Made by a program: the position numbers and the translations under genes | Source of the DNA: Candidatus Poribacteria bacterium | Lineage (GTDB): Bacteria; Poribacteria; WGA-4E; WGA-3G | Assembly: GCA_028824685.1 (NCBI GenBank) | Contig: JAPPCZ010000087.1 | Coordinates: forward strand, 25,915-89,914 | Direction: 5' to 3' | Length of the DNA: 64,000 nt | The notes under the pieces: generated by a model | The model's input: only the letters and a program-made list of their open reading frames with translations | Told to the model about the DNA's origin: nothing | The model's database searches: none | Part shown: piece after piece, positions 61,156 to 64,000 of the stretch | Layout of the letters: every line of letters starts with the position of its first letter | Position numbering within the stretch: the stretch's first letter is position 1

Positions 61156-62172
61156 TTATATTTCTCTACCAACTGCGATAGCGATCGGTTTTAGTTCTTG
61201 CATGAGTGTCTCAAATTGATCAGGAAACAGAGATTGCGCGCCGTCACCCGTCATAGAATTATCTGGGTCATGATGAACTTCAAGTAACAGTCCATCTGCT
61301 CCAGAGGCGACAGATGCTTTTGTCATATCGCACACCAAACTCCGGATACCGGTACCATGGCTCGGATCAACGACGATGGGCAAATGGCTTAATTCGTGAA
61401 CAACAGGAACAGCGTTGAGATCAAGTGTGTTACGCGTGTGAGTTTCAAAGGTGCGGATACCTCGTTCACATAAAATCACATCTGGATTTCCTTCAGAAAG
61501 TATATATTCCGCAGCAAGCAACCATTCCTCAATTGTAGAAGACATCCCGCGCTTCAGAATAACGGGTTTTCGGGCACGACCCACTTCACGCAACAGATAG
61601 AAGTTTGTCATATTCCGCGTGCCAAGTTGAAAAACGTCTGTATATTCCCCGACAAGTTCAACTTCATGGGGTGTCATGACTTCTGTAACAATACCTAATC
61701 CTGTTTCCTCTTTGGCTGCGACAAGCATTTTCAATGCATCTGTTCCGAAGCCTTGGAAACTATAAGGACCTGTGCGAGGTTTAAATGCACCACCTCTAAT
61801 AAAACCTGCGCCTGCTTTTTTCACCAGTTTCGCTATGGTTACAATCTGTTCAGTACTCTCTACTGCACAAGGTCCCGCCATAACTGCTAACTTCCGTCCC
61901 CCAATTTTAGTCCCGTTTGTGGAGATAACAGTCGGTTCATCCCGAAATTGGCGGCTTGCTAATTTATATGGGGCAGTGATCGGCATCGTCCTTTCAACGC
62001 CAGACATTGACTCCATCGGAATATCGCCAAGCAATGTTTTATCTCCTATTACACCGATGACGGTGCGTTGTTCGCCAGTTGAAATCTGTGCTTTCAACCC
62101 TACACTCTCAATCCGTTTGACAATTGCGTCAATTTGATCGGGTGTTGCATCCGTTTTGGTAACGATTACCAT
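61156..62172 (-). CDS. 3-deoxy-7-phosphoheptulonate (DAHP) synthase, type I-beta with N-terminal ferredoxin-like regulatory domain
   Basis: N-terminal ~70-aa FL/ACT-like domain (MVIVTKTDATPDQIDAIVKRIESVGLKAQIS...), then the KDO8P/DAHP synthase TIM barrel (GPCAVES...). ATG at 62172 with GGAGGG RBS. The track start at 62208 is a TTG. Confidence 0.75.
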   Translation of the reverse strand: MVIVTKTDATPDQIDAIVKRIESVGLKAQISTGEQRTVIGVIGDKTLLGDIPMESMSGVERTMPITAPYKLASRQFRDEPTVISTNGTKIGGRKLAVMAGPCAVESTEQIVTIAKLVKKAGAGFIRGGAFKPRTGPYSFQGFGTDALKMLVAAKEETGLGIVTEVMTPHEVELVGEYTDVFQLGTRNMTNFYLLREVGRARKPVILKRGMSSTIEEWLLAAEYILSEGNPDVILCERGIRTFETHTRNTLDLNAVPVVHELSHLPIVVDPSHGTGIRSLVCDMTKASVASGADGLLLEVHHDPDNSMTGDGAQSLFPDQFETLMQELKPIAIAVGREI

Positions 62173-62678
62173 GGTTATCAATTCCCTCCGACAATAACTC
62201 TGTTTCAAGTCAATGTTGATGATTACTAAAAAAATAACCCAACATCGAATCGTTATCGACGTCGGGTAGTGATGTATGAGGCCAATTAAAACTTTTTCAT
62301 GAGTGCTTACAAACTATCGCCACCTACCGCCGCAGTACAAAAACGGGTACAACCCGAGCGTAAAGAGCGCCCAAAGGCTGAAATAATAGTCCCGTAAAAA
62401 TGTGAGAACGGACTGTGTTCCACTCGTTGGTACTGTAGAGGTGATCGTGTGTTCAAACTTCTGCATCACAAAGAATCCCTAATTTCTTTGGTTGTAAGCC
62501 TTTCTCAGTTTTCTTACTTATAAAACGTTATTCCAAACAAAACGTTTAAAATTAAAACTACTTTTTAATATGATAACATACTTTATAAGGTTAAGTCAAG
62601 TTTTTAATTCATTTTATCCTTTGTAACAAAACAGTTTTAGTCAATCCAATTTTTTCTGATAGGGAGCGCATTGCCCAT

Positions 62679-62920
62679 CTATTCCATGCTTTTCTCAAGA
62701 ACAACACGATGATAACGCTTTTTACCTGCACGCAGAAGTAACGCGTTTTCCTCTAACAGATTAGCATCAATGACGGTATCTATCACCTTATACTGCTTCT
62801 CATTGATATATGCGCCCCCCTGTTGAATCAGGCGGCGCGCTTCACTTCTGGAAGTAACTAAGCCTACTTCATAGCACAACTCCATTATCGGAATGCCAGT
62901 GTTGAGTATTAGCGCCCCTC
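62679..62920 (-). pseudogene. duplicated 3' fragment of tyrS (S4-like C-terminal domain, 68 codons)
   Basis: About 240 bp at roughly 93-95% identity to 63261-63500. Encodes MELCYEVGLVTSRSEARRLIQQGGAYINEKQYKVIDTVIDANLLEENALLLRAGKKRYHRVVLEKSME. Compare the TyrRS C-terminus ...MELFHEVGLTTSRSEARRLIQQGGAYINEKQYKAIDIVIDANLLEENALLLRAGKKRYHRVVVEESIE. Confidence 0.7.
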
Positions 62921-62950
62921 AGCATAACTGACGACTCTAAGCACATAACA

Positions 62951-63181
62951 CTATTTTTTTGATTGATCACTTTCTTGTGTTGGTGGTGGTTCATTAAATT
63001 CCACACCCCGCGCTTCAGCCTCTCTTCGCCTGCGATCCCACGCTGCAACTTCTCTGTAAACTTCCGATTTTGCCTCGGCTCTTGCCTCCGCCTTTGCCTC
63101 CGCTATCATTTCTTTTTCTTTTTTGATATGTTCTCTGAAACGCCGTAACATGATGTCTGCTCCCTCCCCTAAAATAATCAA
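62951..63181 (-). CDS. small Glu/Ala/Lys/Arg-rich coiled-coil protein, unknown function (cargo between the tyrS 3' duplicates)
   Basis: 76 aa, MIILGEGADIMLRRFREHIKKEKEMIAEAKAEARAEAKSEVYREVAAWDRRRREAEARGVEFNEPPPTQESDQSKK. Low complexity, so its coding status is uncertain. Confidence 0.35.
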   Translation of the reverse strand: MIILGEGADIMLRRFREHIKKEKEMIAEAKAEARAEAKSEVYREVAAWDRRRREAEARGVEFNEPPPTQESDQSKK

Positions 63182-63260
63182 TAAAGTTGATGCTGCTATT
63201 ATTTTTGAATTGCGATCATAGTAGATTTGGAATTAATTGGATATTCTGCAGGTCGCCCAT

Positions 63261-64000
63261 CTATTCTATGCTTTCCTCAACCACAACACGATGATAACGT
63301 TTTTTACCTGCACGCAGAAGCAACGCGTTTTCTTCTAACAGATTAGCATCAATGACAATATCTATCGCCTTATACTGCTTCTCATTGATATACGCACCCC
63401 CCTGTTGAATTAGGCGGCGCGCTTCACTTCTGGAAGTAGTTAAGCCTACTTCATGGAACAACTCCATTATCGGAATGCCTGTGTCAAGTCTGTCACCTGA
63501 AATGGTGGTTGTAGGCATTGCATCAAGGTCAAGTCCACCGCCGCCAAATGCAGCGCGCGATGTTTCCTGTGCCTTGTCTGCCTCAGCTTTTCCATGTGCC
63601 AGTTTCGTTGCTTGGTATGCAAGCAACGCTTTTGCTTCTCGAATCTCATCATGTTCCAAACCACCAAGTCGCTTCACCTCATCCATCGGTAAAAAGGTGA
63701 AATATGCTAAGAACCGCTCAACATCACGGTCATCCGTGTTAATCCAGTACTGGTAGAATTGGTAGGGTGAAGTTTTATTTGCATCAAGCCATACTGCGCC
63801 GCCAGCGGTTTTTCCCATTTTTGCGCCACCGGCTGCCGTGAGTAATGGAAAGGTGAGACCATATACACGTTTCCCCTCAATCCTACGCACGAGGTCAACG
63901 CCCGCAAGGATATTACCCCACTGGTCATCACCACCGAGTTGGAGAACACAATTGTATTTTTGGAAAAGACACAAATAATCGTACGCTTGTAGCAGTTGGT
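63261..64000 (-). CDS. tyrS: tyrosine--tRNA ligase (C-terminal part; gene continues beyond the window end)
   Basis: KMSKS-type motif AKMGKT. C-terminal S4 RNA-binding domain. The ORF is open to the window edge. Confidence 0.8.
   Translation of the reverse strand, partial: QLLQAYDYLCLFQKYNCVLQLGGDDQWGNILAGVDLVRRIEGKRVYGLTFPLLTAAGGAKMGKTAGGAVWLDANKTSPYQFYQYWINTDDRDVERFLAYFTFLPMDEVKRLGGLEHDEIREAKALLAYQATKLAHGKAEADKAQETSRAAFGGGGLDLDAMPTTTISGDRLDTGIPIMELFHEVGLTTSRSEARRLIQQGGAYINEKQYKAIDIVIDANLLEENALLLRAGKKRYHRVVVEESIE

Noticed and set aside
62215-62680. tRNA or T-box-like element in the 470-bp gap upstream of the DAHP synthase gene
   Set aside because: No cloverleaf-compatible sequence and no T-box specifier/antiterminator motifs were recognisable.

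Overview
This 64-kb window is a bacterial chromosomal segment, mostly core metabolism and housekeeping genes with small accessory insertions. Recognisable genes include purL-purQ, trpA, argS, nrdJ (class II RNR), mtnP, glnE, leuA/cimA-like, a DAHP synthase and a partial tyrS, plus an RNase P RNA gene (rnpB). There are also many cell-envelope and secreted-protein genes: DUF1592 with a CxxCH motif, DUF1552 (Tat), an LpxL-like acyltransferase, a Ctp protease and an M28/PA peptidase. Standard sigma70-type promoters (TTGACA-17-TATAAT) are visible. The most striking thing is a very high density of short palindromic repeat modules (REP/BIME-like) and MITE-like elements in at least 17 intergenic regions. 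One MITE has 17-bp terminal inverted repeats and a clean 9-bp target-site duplication. Two insertion scars duplicate a gene end at about 90-95% identity around a small cargo: the purL 5' end around an AbrB/PIN toxin-antitoxin cassette, and the tyrS 3' end around a small coiled-coil ORF. There is also a degraded transposase, a degraded second VapBC-like module, an AT-rich unknown gene at the window edge, and a frameshifted secreted-protein gene. No CRISPR array, rRNA or tRNA was found. No sequence search could be run, so all functional calls rest on motifs visible in the translations.
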